From Flavobacteriales bacterium UBA7325 (GTDB lineage: Bacteria > Bacteroidota > Bacteroidia > Flavobacteriales_D > Crocinitomicaceae): 64,000 nucleotides of DNA. Positions 1-8,652 of the stretch are shown piece by piece (position 1 is the stretch's first letter; each line of letters starts with the position of its first letter). The stretch lies in assembly GCA_002471375.1 (NCBI GenBank), contig DKPV01000085.1, positions 1,347-65,346 of the forward strand, written 5' to 3'. The position numbers and the translations under genes were made by a program. The notes under the pieces are model-generated. The model had not been told where the DNA came from. It saw nothing but the letters and a program-made list of their open reading frames with translations, and ran no database searches.

Positions 1-1205
1 AAGTTGATTCAGCTTAATTTGATTGTTAGTTAGCGTGTTCTTGGTCAGCCCTGGAAACTGCTTTTCGATTGTTGATATGATATGGGTATACTCCCGTAAT
101 AGTGCCGTGGACGAACTTTCCAACTTGTGCTCGGTACGTCTTAAAGCTTGATCACTTTGCTGTAAGGATGATTTGACTGTTGTGAGTAGGCCTTGGCTGG
201 ATCGATAAAGGCGATGATTGTTTTCTTTTACAGATCTAATGACACCATTTTTTAATTCCGCTGATTTCTTGTTAAAACTGAAATTTGCCTCAGCTAGCAA
301 CGACCTAGAATGGATGATAATGTTTTTCCAAGCATCAGAAACTGGCACAGCGAAAGAATGAAATGCCTGAATGAAAAAATCTCCCAGTTCAGTGGGAGTT
401 ATTGCGTTCCTGAAGGCGACCATTTCAGCAACAGTCATGTTCGTAGAGTGTCCAATACCAGTTAAAACAGGCAGACGAAATTTCGCAATTTCTTTGCACA
501 GGTCGTAGTTGTTATAGCAAGACAGGCCCACTTCGCCTCCGCCGCCACGAACAATAACAACTGCATCAAAATGATCCTGCACTCGCTCAATTTGCTTTAA
601 TTGTGCGACGATTGTAGTTGCTGCCTGATCTCCTTGAAGATAGGCAGGAAACAGCATGGTGAAAAATTTATACCCCCATTGATTGTCCTCAATAACTTGC
701 TGAAAATCGGAAAGACCTTTACTTGATGCCGCAGATATAACAGCAATGCGTTTGGGAAGCAGCGGGAAATCAATCTTCTGATTTTTATCTAGAAGACCTT
801 CTTTTTGTAGTCGCTTCAATGTTTCCTGTCGCTCTTTTTGAAGCTCCCCGAGTGCGTAGCTCGGATCAATATCTAGAATTTGTAGGCTTAAACCATAGAG
901 TTCATGATAACTTATCTTTACCAGCATTAAGAGCGTGGTATCTTCTTTTAGAGGCTCTTTTACAACACTAATAAACCGTTGATTAATTCGCTCGAAATTA
1001 TGCTTCCAGATAGATCCCGAAATTTGGGCTACAATTTTCCCATCCTCTTTTTGTAATAGCTCGGGAAAGCAATGTCCACTTGGGAATCGGTTCAGCTTGT
1101 GCATCTCTGCTTTTACCCAATATGTCTGGTGGTAGCGTTCTTCGATCGTCTTTCGAATAGAACTGACTACCTGCTTAAGCGTAAATATTTTTGGTGAATC
1201 TGACA
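1..1205 (-). CDS. xseA: exodeoxyribonuclease VII large subunit (C-terminal end runs off the window start)
   Basis: My reverse-strand translation from the ATG at 1205 reads MSDSPKIFTLKQVVSSIRKTIEERYHQTYWVKAEM...VIVRGGGGEVGLSCYNNYDLCKEIAKFRLPVLTGIGHSTNMTVAEMVAFRNAITPTE. This matches the XseA core (RGGG...GIGH.T...TPT). It is absent from the ORF track because no stop codon lies inside the window. Confidence 0.85.
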
Positions 1206-1245
1206 TTTGCTAGCATAAATATAAATCAAATTGTTGCTGGTTTTC

Positions 1246-1253
1246 TAAATTTG
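1246..1253 (+). promoter_or_regulatory. Bacteroidetes -7 promoter motif TAAATTTG upstream of pgk
   Basis: Exact match to TAnnTTTG, 22 nt upstream of the pgk ATG at 1275. Confidence 0.4.
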
Positions 1254-1274
1254 CAACCTAAACAAAAAGATATC

Positions 1275-2468
1275 ATGGCCGACATTCAATCATATGACTT
1301 TTCAGGGAAACGCGCACTTGTGCGAGTTGATTTTAATGTTCCTTTGGATAAAGAAACACTTGCAGTAACAGATGACACTCGAATCAGAGCAGCCATTCCT
1401 ACAATCAAGTTGATTTTAGAAAAAGGTGGAAGTGTAGTTTTGATGTCACATTTAGGTCGTCCGAAGCAAGGTTTCGATCCAAAATTTTCACTTGAAAACA
1501 TTGTATCGCATATTTCGGAAAAACTTGGCGTGGACGTAAAGTTTGCAGGAGATTGTGTAGGCACTTCGGCATACGAAATGAGTACGAACTTGAAGCCAGG
1601 CGAAGTCATGATACTTGATAATGTCCGTTTCTATAAGCATGAAACTACGGGAACGGAAAGTTTTGCTGAACAGCTATCAAAGCACGGTGATGTTTATGTA
1701 AATGATGCTTTTGGAACAGCTCACCGTGCCCATTCAAGTACAACTGTGGTGGCAAAGTTTTTTCCAAACGATAAAATGTTTGGATTGCTTCTCGCAGGAG
1801 AGATTGAGAGTGTAGATAAAGTATTAAAAAGTGCCGAGAAGCCGAGAACAGCTATAGTGGGTGGGGCGAAAGTTTCTTCCAAAATCACGATCATTGAGCG
1901 CCTACTTGATACTGTCGATAACTTGATCGTCGGTGGAGGTATGGCCTATACATTTGTCAAAGCGGCAGGAGGAGATGTAGGAAATTCTCTTGTCGAGGAC
2001 GACTATCTTGAAATGGCAAATAACATTGTTCAATCGGCGAAGACGAAAGGAGTGAATTTATTTATTCCAACAGACACGGTCATTGCCGACGCATTTTCCA
2101 ATGATGCTAATCGTAATGAAGTCATGATAGGAGAAATTCCCGATGGTTGGATGGGACTCGATGTAGGCGAAGAAAGTATCAAAAGGTGTGATGAAATCAT
2201 TCGAAATTCACGAATCGTTTTGTGGAATGGACCAATGGGGGTATTTGAAATGGAGAACTTCCAAAAAGGAACTGTTTCTGTTGCTAATTCAATTGTTGAG
2301 GCTACATCGAATGGTGCTTTTTCTTTAATTGGTGGAGGAGATTCTGTCGCAGCAATTAATAAATTCAATTTGGCTGACAAAGTTAGCTACGTTTCAACAG
2401 GCGGGGGGGCGATGCTAGAGTACCTAGAAGGTAAAGAGCTTCCTGGCATTAAGGCAATATTGAGCTAA
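1275..2468 (+). CDS. pgk: phosphoglycerate kinase
   Basis: MADIQSYDFSGKRALVRVDFNVPL is a typical PGK N-terminus and similarity runs the full length. I chose the internal ATG at 1275 rather than the track start at 1191, because the 28-aa extension overlaps the xseA start and the promoter motif. Confidence 0.97.
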   Translation: MADIQSYDFSGKRALVRVDFNVPLDKETLAVTDDTRIRAAIPTIKLILEKGGSVVLMSHLGRPKQGFDPKFSLENIVSHISEKLGVDVKFAGDCVGTSAYEMSTNLKPGEVMILDNVRFYKHETTGTESFAEQLSKHGDVYVNDAFGTAHRAHSSTTVVAKFFPNDKMFGLLLAGEIESVDKVLKSAEKPRTAIVGGAKVSSKITIIERLLDTVDNLIVGGGMAYTFVKAAGGDVGNSLVEDDYLEMANNIVQSAKTKGVNLFIPTDTVIADAFSNDANRNEVMIGEIPDGWMGLDVGEESIKRCDEIIRNSRIVLWNGPMGVFEMENFQKGTVSVANSIVEATSNGAFSLIGGGDSVAAINKFNLADKVSYVSTGGGAMLEYLEGKELPGIKAILS

Positions 2469-2493
2469 GTCCAATTCTTTTTTCAAGTTAGCT

Positions 2494-2513
2494 GTAACTT
2501 TTCCGTAACTTTT
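2494..2513 (+). repeat. tandem direct repeat GTAACTTTT x2 (11-nt period) upstream of the ECF sigma gene
   Basis: GTAACTTTT occurs at 2494-2502 and again at 2505-2513, 26 nt upstream of the ATG at 2539. Confidence 0.9.
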
Positions 2514-2538
2514 AAGTCTTACCTCTGAAAACGGCAGA

Positions 2539-3021
2539 ATGACTTCAAAAGAATACAACCTGGCAGTTGACGAATACTCGGATAATATTTTCCGATTCGC
2601 GTTGAAGCATCTTAGAAATGAGATGTCTGCAAAGGATATTGTGCAAGAGACATTCACCAAGGTTTGGGTAAAGCATGAAGAGGTTCGATACGAAAAGGTT
2701 AAATCTTATTTGTTTACAACAGCTTATCATGCGATTGTTGATTGGGTGAAGAAAGAAAAACGCTCTGGAGACATGCAAGACGCATATGAACAGTCGAGCA
2801 CTCCGACGATAGAATTTAGCTTACAAGAAGTTCTTCAGTCAGCCTTAGAACGATTACCTGAAATACAAAAAACAGTGGTGCTCCTTCGGGATTATGAAGG
2901 GTATAACTACACGGAAATAGCGGAAATTACTGACCTCAGTGAATCTCAAGTGAAGGTATATATCTTCAGAGCTCGAAAGGCATTAAAAACATACATAAAA
3001 AGGTTAGATATCGTAATATGA
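2539..3021 (+). CDS. RNA polymerase sigma-70 family ECF sigma factor
   Basis: 160 aa. Region 2-like FRFALKHLRN..AKDIVQETFTKVW and region 4 HTH YNYTEIAEITDLSESQVKVYIFRARKALK. Confidence 0.9.
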   Translation: MTSKEYNLAVDEYSDNIFRFALKHLRNEMSAKDIVQETFTKVWVKHEEVRYEKVKSYLFTTAYHAIVDWVKKEKRSGDMQDAYEQSSTPTIEFSLQEVLQSALERLPEIQKTVVLLRDYEGYNYTEIAEITDLSESQVKVYIFRARKALKTYIKRLDIVI

Positions 3022-4028
3022 AACCCGAACGCATTAGCATATTCAATTATGAGGCATTTTATCTCGACTACCTAGAAGGAAATTTAGGAGTAGAAGATAC
3101 TGCGTTGCTTCTTGTGTTCTTGGAAGAGAATCCAGAATTGAAAATGGAGGATGAAGATCTGCCGGTTTATGATTCGGAGGACTATCTGCTGACGCCGAAT
3201 GAAAAACTCGAGTTAAAGCAAAGCGATGAGGATGAGGTGATCATTCTTGAGAATGCGGAATATTTCATGATTGCCGAAGTTGAGGAACTTCTTTCAGAAG
3301 GGAAAAAATCTGAATTGGATGATGTGATAGTCGGAAAACCTGAGTTGGAAAAAGATCGTGCAATTTTCGCCGCGGTTACAATGAAACCAGATTTGGGAAT
3401 TGTTTACAGTGAAAAGAATGACCTCAAGCGAAAGGTTGTTGCTCTATGGCCATATGTTGCTTTAGCGGCAGCTGCAAGTGTGTTAATTGCATTTTTCCTG
3501 TTAACCAACAACCAATCGGAGAAAACACCATCTTTTGCTAAAGAAACCGATTCGACAGAAGAATCAACGGATCAAAATCAGGATAAATTAGAAGAGGATA
3601 TCGTTGCTCAACAGCTTGCAGAAGAGATAAATGAACCTCAAGAAATCGGAACTGATAAAAATGAATATCATTCAATTCCAGTCATAATTCAACCCGATCC
3701 CAAAATAGTTCAATCACAACGTGCAACGATGGCCAGGCTAGAAAAAAGAGAGTTGCGACTTCTCGTTCACACCATAGAAGGAGTTGATTTAGAGCCTATT
3801 TCACGTGCTCTACAGAATGTAGTAGAAACTGAGCCTGCATCAGAAGGGGAAGTTGCATATGCCGGCTTTGAACATATGACTGATCCTATTCAAGGTATCA
3901 CATCAAGACTTAACAAGCGTATGAAATCTGAAGTTGAATTTAAAACTGCGAAGGCGACTAAGGATAAAAGCGGTGGTTTTTTCCTTAAGATTGGCAAGTT
4001 CGAGCTTGCACGAAAGAAGCGGAAATAG
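3018..4028 (+). CDS. putative anti-sigma factor / single-pass membrane protein
   Basis: ATGA overlap with the sigma gene stop (3018-3021). It has one central hydrophobic helix (LWPYVALAAAASVLIAFFLLT) and acidic flanks. The assignment rests on position and topology only. Confidence 0.5.
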   Translation: MKPERISIFNYEAFYLDYLEGNLGVEDTALLLVFLEENPELKMEDEDLPVYDSEDYLLTPNEKLELKQSDEDEVIILENAEYFMIAEVEELLSEGKKSELDDVIVGKPELEKDRAIFAAVTMKPDLGIVYSEKNDLKRKVVALWPYVALAAAASVLIAFFLLTNNQSEKTPSFAKETDSTEESTDQNQDKLEEDIVAQQLAEEINEPQEIGTDKNEYHSIPVIIQPDPKIVQSQRATMARLEKRELRLLVHTIEGVDLEPISRALQNVVETEPASEGEVAYAGFEHMTDPIQGITSRLNKRMKSEVEFKTAKATKDKSGGFFLKIGKFELARKKRK

Positions 4029-4135
4029 TACAAATACGCTGATTTCTGAGACGCTGAAATTCCGCGCATTAAATCCTTAATGATCGTATAATTCCGTTAT
4101 ATTTACTAACCCTATATCAGAATGATCAGAAAGGA

Positions 4136-6055
4136 TTGAAAGAAACCTCATTTATAGAGCAAAATAAAAAGAAGTGGAATCGCTTTGAACAAGTGTACGA
4201 ATCACAATCTCAGGACCCTGAGGAATTAAGTGATTTATACATGGACATCACCGATGATTTGAGCTATGCACAAACGTTTTATCGTCGCAGAACTGTTCGG
4301 GTTTACTTAAATCAATTGGCTCAAAAGGTCTTTACAGACGTACACAAACAAAAAGGCGAGTCATTTAAGAAATTCATCTCTGTCTGGAAGGTTTCGCTGC
4401 CACTAGAGATTTATCGATCAAGAAAAAACTTACTGTTTGCGCTAGTGGCTTTTATCATTTATGCCTTGATTGGCGCGGTAACCACGCATCTTGACCCTAA
4501 TTTTGCATCGGTGGTTTTGGGACAGGGTTATGTTGATGTTACGAATGAGAATATTGCCAATCTGAACCCGCTTGCTATTTACGAGGACGATGACCAACTG
4601 GCCATGTTCATTAACATCACAACGAACAATTTAAAGGTCGCGTTTCTGACATTCTTTGTTGGCTTTTTTTTTACTCTTGGGACACATATGCTGATGTTCT
4701 ACAACGGAGTTATGCTCGGTACTTTTCAGTATTTCTTTCATACGAAAGGACTACTAGTGACGAGTTTTTTAGGAATTTGGATTCACGGATCGTTTGAGAT
4801 TTCAGCAATTGTTCTTGCCGGAGGTGCTGGTATTACAGCTGGAAATGGACTTCTTTTTCCTAAGAGTTATACACGAATACAATCATTGCAACTCTCCACA
4901 AAACGTGGGTTGAAAATTATGTTGAGCCTAGTTCCGTTTATAATCGCAGCGGGATTCTTGGAAAGCTTTGTGACGGCCAATTATCAAATACTACCTGATT
5001 GGTCTAAATGGGCAATTATTATTTTCTCATTTGCATTGATCCTCTTTTTCTATGTGTTCTATCCGATTTATGTCGCTAGGAAATATCCGGAACTAGTGTA
5101 CCAGGAACCAGTTGAAAATTTCAAGCCCAAGACAACCTTTAGATTTGATAAGATTAGATCAGTGGGTGATATTATTGCGGATTCGTTTCGAATGTATCGA
5201 CTTCAGTTTAAGAAGTTCACTAAGATTATTTTCTTAATTGTTTTTCCATTGGTGATTGCGGCTGTTTGGTTACAAGACATAAATCACTATGATTTACAGC
5301 AGAAACAATATTGGTATGATTGGTCGGCTCAACTCGAATTAATGATTGGCTACGGTTATCATAATCTACAGGACGTCTTCATGGTCGTTGTTTGGACTTT
5401 CATATTCGCTTTGATGCTAACTGCAGTATTGTGGAGTGTCAACACCATCGGTGAAGAGTTTTCATGGAAAAGCTTCTTTGCTTTTGTGGGAAAACGACTT
5501 CTCGGAATTTGGCTGGCGAATATTTTTCTAATGCTTCTTATCATGACTTTGCCCTCTTGGGGATTGATGCTCGCGGTGTCTGTGATGCCCTTTTTTATGC
5601 TGAATGGAGCCGTTGCTGGATTAGATGATGAGAAGTTTGGCGTTCGATTTAAGAGAGGGTTTAAATACAGCGCACAGCACTATGGAAAGTCATTATTGGT
5701 ATTGCTAATCTTAATCGGCTTAACAGTGATTATGATGCAGCCTATCGCATTTGTATTTAGTATTCACGACGGCTGGTCAAATGAGCCAATGGTGAGGGAT
5801 GTGCTTGATATGGTTGCGGATTTCACGAAACGAATAGCGCAAATATATACGGATGATTATATGTTCTGGGCGAATGTGCTTCGACAACTTGTGTATGTTT
5901 TATTTATGCTCTTTTTATTGCCATTACTCTTTATTACGATGTCATTTGGTTACTATTCAGAGCTAGAGAAAACTGAAGCGAACGGACTGAAAAATGCGTT
6001 TAAAAAGTTCGGAAAGCGAAGTAGAACTAAGGAAACTAGTGTCGACTTTGAGTAA
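4136..6055 (+). CDS. SpoIIM-like (DUF95-type) polytopic membrane protein with an extra C-terminal membrane domain
   Basis: 639 aa with a TTG start. The N-terminal half resembles stage II sporulation protein M family proteins (EQNKKKWNRFE...FFxHGxFEIxAIxLAGGAG). The C-terminal ~300 aa adds further predicted TM helices. Confidence 0.65.
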   Translation: MKETSFIEQNKKKWNRFEQVYESQSQDPEELSDLYMDITDDLSYAQTFYRRRTVRVYLNQLAQKVFTDVHKQKGESFKKFISVWKVSLPLEIYRSRKNLLFALVAFIIYALIGAVTTHLDPNFASVVLGQGYVDVTNENIANLNPLAIYEDDDQLAMFINITTNNLKVAFLTFFVGFFFTLGTHMLMFYNGVMLGTFQYFFHTKGLLVTSFLGIWIHGSFEISAIVLAGGAGITAGNGLLFPKSYTRIQSLQLSTKRGLKIMLSLVPFIIAAGFLESFVTANYQILPDWSKWAIIIFSFALILFFYVFYPIYVARKYPELVYQEPVENFKPKTTFRFDKIRSVGDIIADSFRMYRLQFKKFTKIIFLIVFPLVIAAVWLQDINHYDLQQKQYWYDWSAQLELMIGYGYHNLQDVFMVVVWTFIFALMLTAVLWSVNTIGEEFSWKSFFAFVGKRLLGIWLANIFLMLLIMTLPSWGLMLAVSVMPFFMLNGAVAGLDDEKFGVRFKRGFKYSAQHYGKSLLVLLILIGLTVIMMQPIAFVFSIHDGWSNEPMVRDVLDMVADFTKRIAQIYTDDYMFWANVLRQLVYVLFMLFLLPLLFITMSFGYYSELEKTEANGLKNAFKKFGKRSRTKETSVDFE

Positions 6056-6953
6056 ATGGATTTTCTACATAGCGCTTTTTATAACTCCTGTATTTGCGAA
6101 TGCCCAGGAAGGCTTAGCTGATAAGAAAACCACAATCTGGAAGTCAGAAAAGGACTATCTTGATTACCGCAAGAAAGAAGGTTATAGAGGACCAGATGAA
6201 TGGTATGGTTCCTATCCTGCCGAGATGGACGATGATGATGACGCCTTTAGTGGCAGTGGAAGCGGCAGCAGTAGCAGTGGAGGAAGCTATGGTGGTGGAC
6301 ATGGTTTAAGCTACAGTCCACAGCAAATTCAACGCGATCGTCAGGAAAGATATCAAGGCTATGATCGTGGTGGTGGTAACGGAACTGTTCAATATGATCC
6401 GGATGTGGCACCTCCAAAGCCAATTGAACTGCCGGATGTTGATGCACCGGATATCTCGACACCTGATCTCGATTTAGATGCGCCGGATCTTACAAATTCA
6501 GTTATTTGGAAAGTTTTACTATTCATTCTAATCGCAGCAGCTGTATTGTTTATTGCCTATTTGATATTCAAGAATTCTAAAGCTCCGAATAAGAAAGTGA
6601 TCGTGGATGTTGAGAACGATTGGAACCCTGAGGTGATCAGTAAAACGGAGCTTGAACTTCGTTTAGAGGCGGCAATGGAAAGTGGTGATTATCGCGAGTG
6701 TGTTCGAATCTATTTTACCTTTATTTTAAAAGAACTCATACGTAAATCATGGGTGCATTGGAAGAAGGATAAAACCAATCATCACTACCTGAACGAGATG
6801 CGTAAACGCCCAAACCGTCACGTTTTTGCAGAATGCGTGCGAATCTATGACTTAGTTTGGTATGGAGAGTATGAGATCAATCGTGACGTGTTTAATACAC
6901 TCCAACCGACATTAGAGAGTTATTATCAATCCTTAGATCCTGTTAATGAGTAA
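5994..6953 (+). CDS. DUF4129-like secreted/membrane protein with a Gly/Ser/Asp-rich linker
   Basis: Signal-like KWIFYIALFITPVFANAQ, one TM helix (VLLFILIAAAVLFIAYLIF), and a C-terminal helical domain (YRECVRIYFTFILKELIRKSW...CVRIYDLVWYGEYEI) typical of DUF4129. The true start may be GTG 6039 or TTG 6048 rather than 5994. Confidence 0.6.
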   Translation: MRLKSSESEVELRKLVSTLSKWIFYIALFITPVFANAQEGLADKKTTIWKSEKDYLDYRKKEGYRGPDEWYGSYPAEMDDDDDAFSGSGSGSSSSGGSYGGGHGLSYSPQQIQRDRQERYQGYDRGGGNGTVQYDPDVAPPKPIELPDVDAPDISTPDLDLDAPDLTNSVIWKVLLFILIAAAVLFIAYLIFKNSKAPNKKVIVDVENDWNPEVISKTELELRLEAAMESGDYRECVRIYFTFILKELIRKSWVHWKKDKTNHHYLNEMRKRPNRHVFAECVRIYDLVWYGEYEINRDVFNTLQPTLESYYQSLDPVNE

Positions 6954-8652
6954 GCAAGGAAGGATAGGATTGTTGATCGGAATCATTTGCTTTATGCTTT
7001 TGATGGTATGGTTATTCTCTTCAGGCGAAGGTTTGGATAACCCTGATGCACCTGTAAAAAAGGTATCGTTCGTCTCCTCAAATTGGAATAAGAAATACCT
7101 ATTGGATGATAAAAACCCTTTGGGCTTATATATGTTTACTGCACTTGCACAATCGCATTTGGACACGAACAAACACATTGAAGTGGTCGAAGATTGGATT
7201 GGGCTAGATTCAATTACGGATGCAGATGAAAATCCTAAAACATACATGTTCGTTGGGAATATATTTCAGTTGAAAAACAAGGAAATGGATTCAATCTTAA
7301 GCGACGTTCATGAAGGTTCTGAGCTTTTTCTAGCCTTTGAAAACCTCACTGAAAATCTATTCCCAAAGCTCTTCAATTCATTTGAGTACCGATCAGACTA
7401 TTCTGAAGAAGTAAATGTATTTGTTGAGAACAAGAAATTCAACATGATCAATTTGTATCAGAATGACACTATTGCGAAAGATTGGTGGGCGTTTGGTGAA
7501 CTTGATTTCGATGAAGAGTATGTGGGACTTTCCTCATTTATGGAAATGCCGAATTTTGTTCGTGTTAAGCATGGAAAAGGATTCGTTTATTTACATGCCA
7601 CTCCAAGCATGTTTCAAAATTATCAGGTAAAAAGAATACCCGGCTTTAAGTACGCCGCATATTGTCTGAATAACATTCCAAGAGACAATGATATCTACAT
7701 GCTTGAGCTCGGTAGAAGGAGCGACGATTATGGAAACTATGATACCGATGATCAAAGTGGCAAAGACCTCAAGAACGACGATAGCTACTTGCAGTTAATC
7801 TTTAAGAATCCTACGCTTTTAATAGCGCTGTTGCTGACAATCTTAGGATTGATTCTGTTCATTATTTTCCGTTCAAAAAGAACTCGTCCGATTGTTCAGT
7901 TTATTCCTAAGCGCAAGGATATGACGCTTGCTTTTGCAGAAACAATTACATCAATCTACTTTGCGAAAAGAAATCCATACGGTCTGTTACAGGTCCAAAA
8001 GAAAAACTTCTATGATACGGTTCATCGTTACTTCTTTGTTGACCTGTACCATCGAGTAGGGGATCGTGAGTTATTGATATTAGCCGAGAAGAGCGATACG
8101 GATATTCAAGAAATCAAAAAACTTGTTCAGGCCTATGAAACAAAAGAGGCAAGTCAGGTTTCAGAGCAGTTTGTTGCTCAAATCACCAAGGAGAAGTATC
8201 AATTCTATCGCAGAGTTGGAATTATATCGGATGACTTCAATGACCGATTACAAGCACAGGAAATGGTCTTCAAAAGATCAATGTGGTTACCATCATTGTA
8301 TATCCTAGGAGGGATAGCCTTGATTCTTATTGGCCTGTATCTCCTCGTTAGTGCAGCAGGGATAGGTATTGTTTTATGGCCAATTGGTTCCGTGCTGCTT
8401 GTGCTCGGAATCTTGAGACTTTCTAAACCATACCTGATAGTATCAAAGGATAAGATTATACACTATACAACTTTTGCTCAAAAGAAGGAGTTTCACAGAC
8501 CGGATTTGCTCAATGTGGAAAGTAGAAAAACGGGCGTTATTATTACTTTTAGAAACAACAACTCACTGATTATTAATTATTGGGACTTAAGCAATTTCGA
8601 CCGCAAACAGTTCGAGCGCTTTATATCCAAACTTCATATGAACGACTTATGA
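6946..8652 (+). CDS. DUF4350-like membrane protein with a C-terminal 2-TM plus PH-like module
   Basis: 568 aa. The ATG overlaps the upstream stop. N-terminal TM, large extracytoplasmic domain, mid TM (LLIALLLTILGLILFIIF), then two TMs and YLIVSKDKIIHYTT...VIITFRNNNSLIINYWDL resembling bacterial PH (YdbS/DUF304-like) domains. Family names are recalled, not searched. Confidence 0.55.
   Translation: MSKQGRIGLLIGIICFMLLMVWLFSSGEGLDNPDAPVKKVSFVSSNWNKKYLLDDKNPLGLYMFTALAQSHLDTNKHIEVVEDWIGLDSITDADENPKTYMFVGNIFQLKNKEMDSILSDVHEGSELFLAFENLTENLFPKLFNSFEYRSDYSEEVNVFVENKKFNMINLYQNDTIAKDWWAFGELDFDEEYVGLSSFMEMPNFVRVKHGKGFVYLHATPSMFQNYQVKRIPGFKYAAYCLNNIPRDNDIYMLELGRRSDDYGNYDTDDQSGKDLKNDDSYLQLIFKNPTLLIALLLTILGLILFIIFRSKRTRPIVQFIPKRKDMTLAFAETITSIYFAKRNPYGLLQVQKKNFYDTVHRYFFVDLYHRVGDRELLILAEKSDTDIQEIKKLVQAYETKEASQVSEQFVAQITKEKYQFYRRVGIISDDFNDRLQAQEMVFKRSMWLPSLYILGGIALILIGLYLLVSAAGIGIVLWPIGSVLLVLGILRLSKPYLIVSKDKIIHYTTFAQKKEFHRPDLLNVESRKTGVIITFRNNNSLIINYWDLSNFDRKQFERFISKLHMNDL

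Noticed and set aside
1191-1274. Track 5' extensions of pgk (1191), the trans-sulfuration enzyme (31085), arsR (43768), arsC (44694), the S9 peptidase (49579), the RDD protein (39034) and MoxR (8580)
   Set aside because: - Internal ATGs give N-termini matching the conserved family starts or proper signal peptides.
- The extensions overlap upstream genes or contain the TAnnTTTG promoter box.
- Several of the extensions use rare TTG/GTG codons.
2494-2528. Reading the GTAACTTTT repeats as an autoregulated ECF (sigma-E-like GGAACTT-N16-TCTGA) promoter
   Set aside because: A TCTGA pentamer is present at 2524-2528, but the spacer from the two GTAACTT copies would be 12 or 23 nt. Neither is compatible with the usual ~16 nt. 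I keep the repeat as an observation only.
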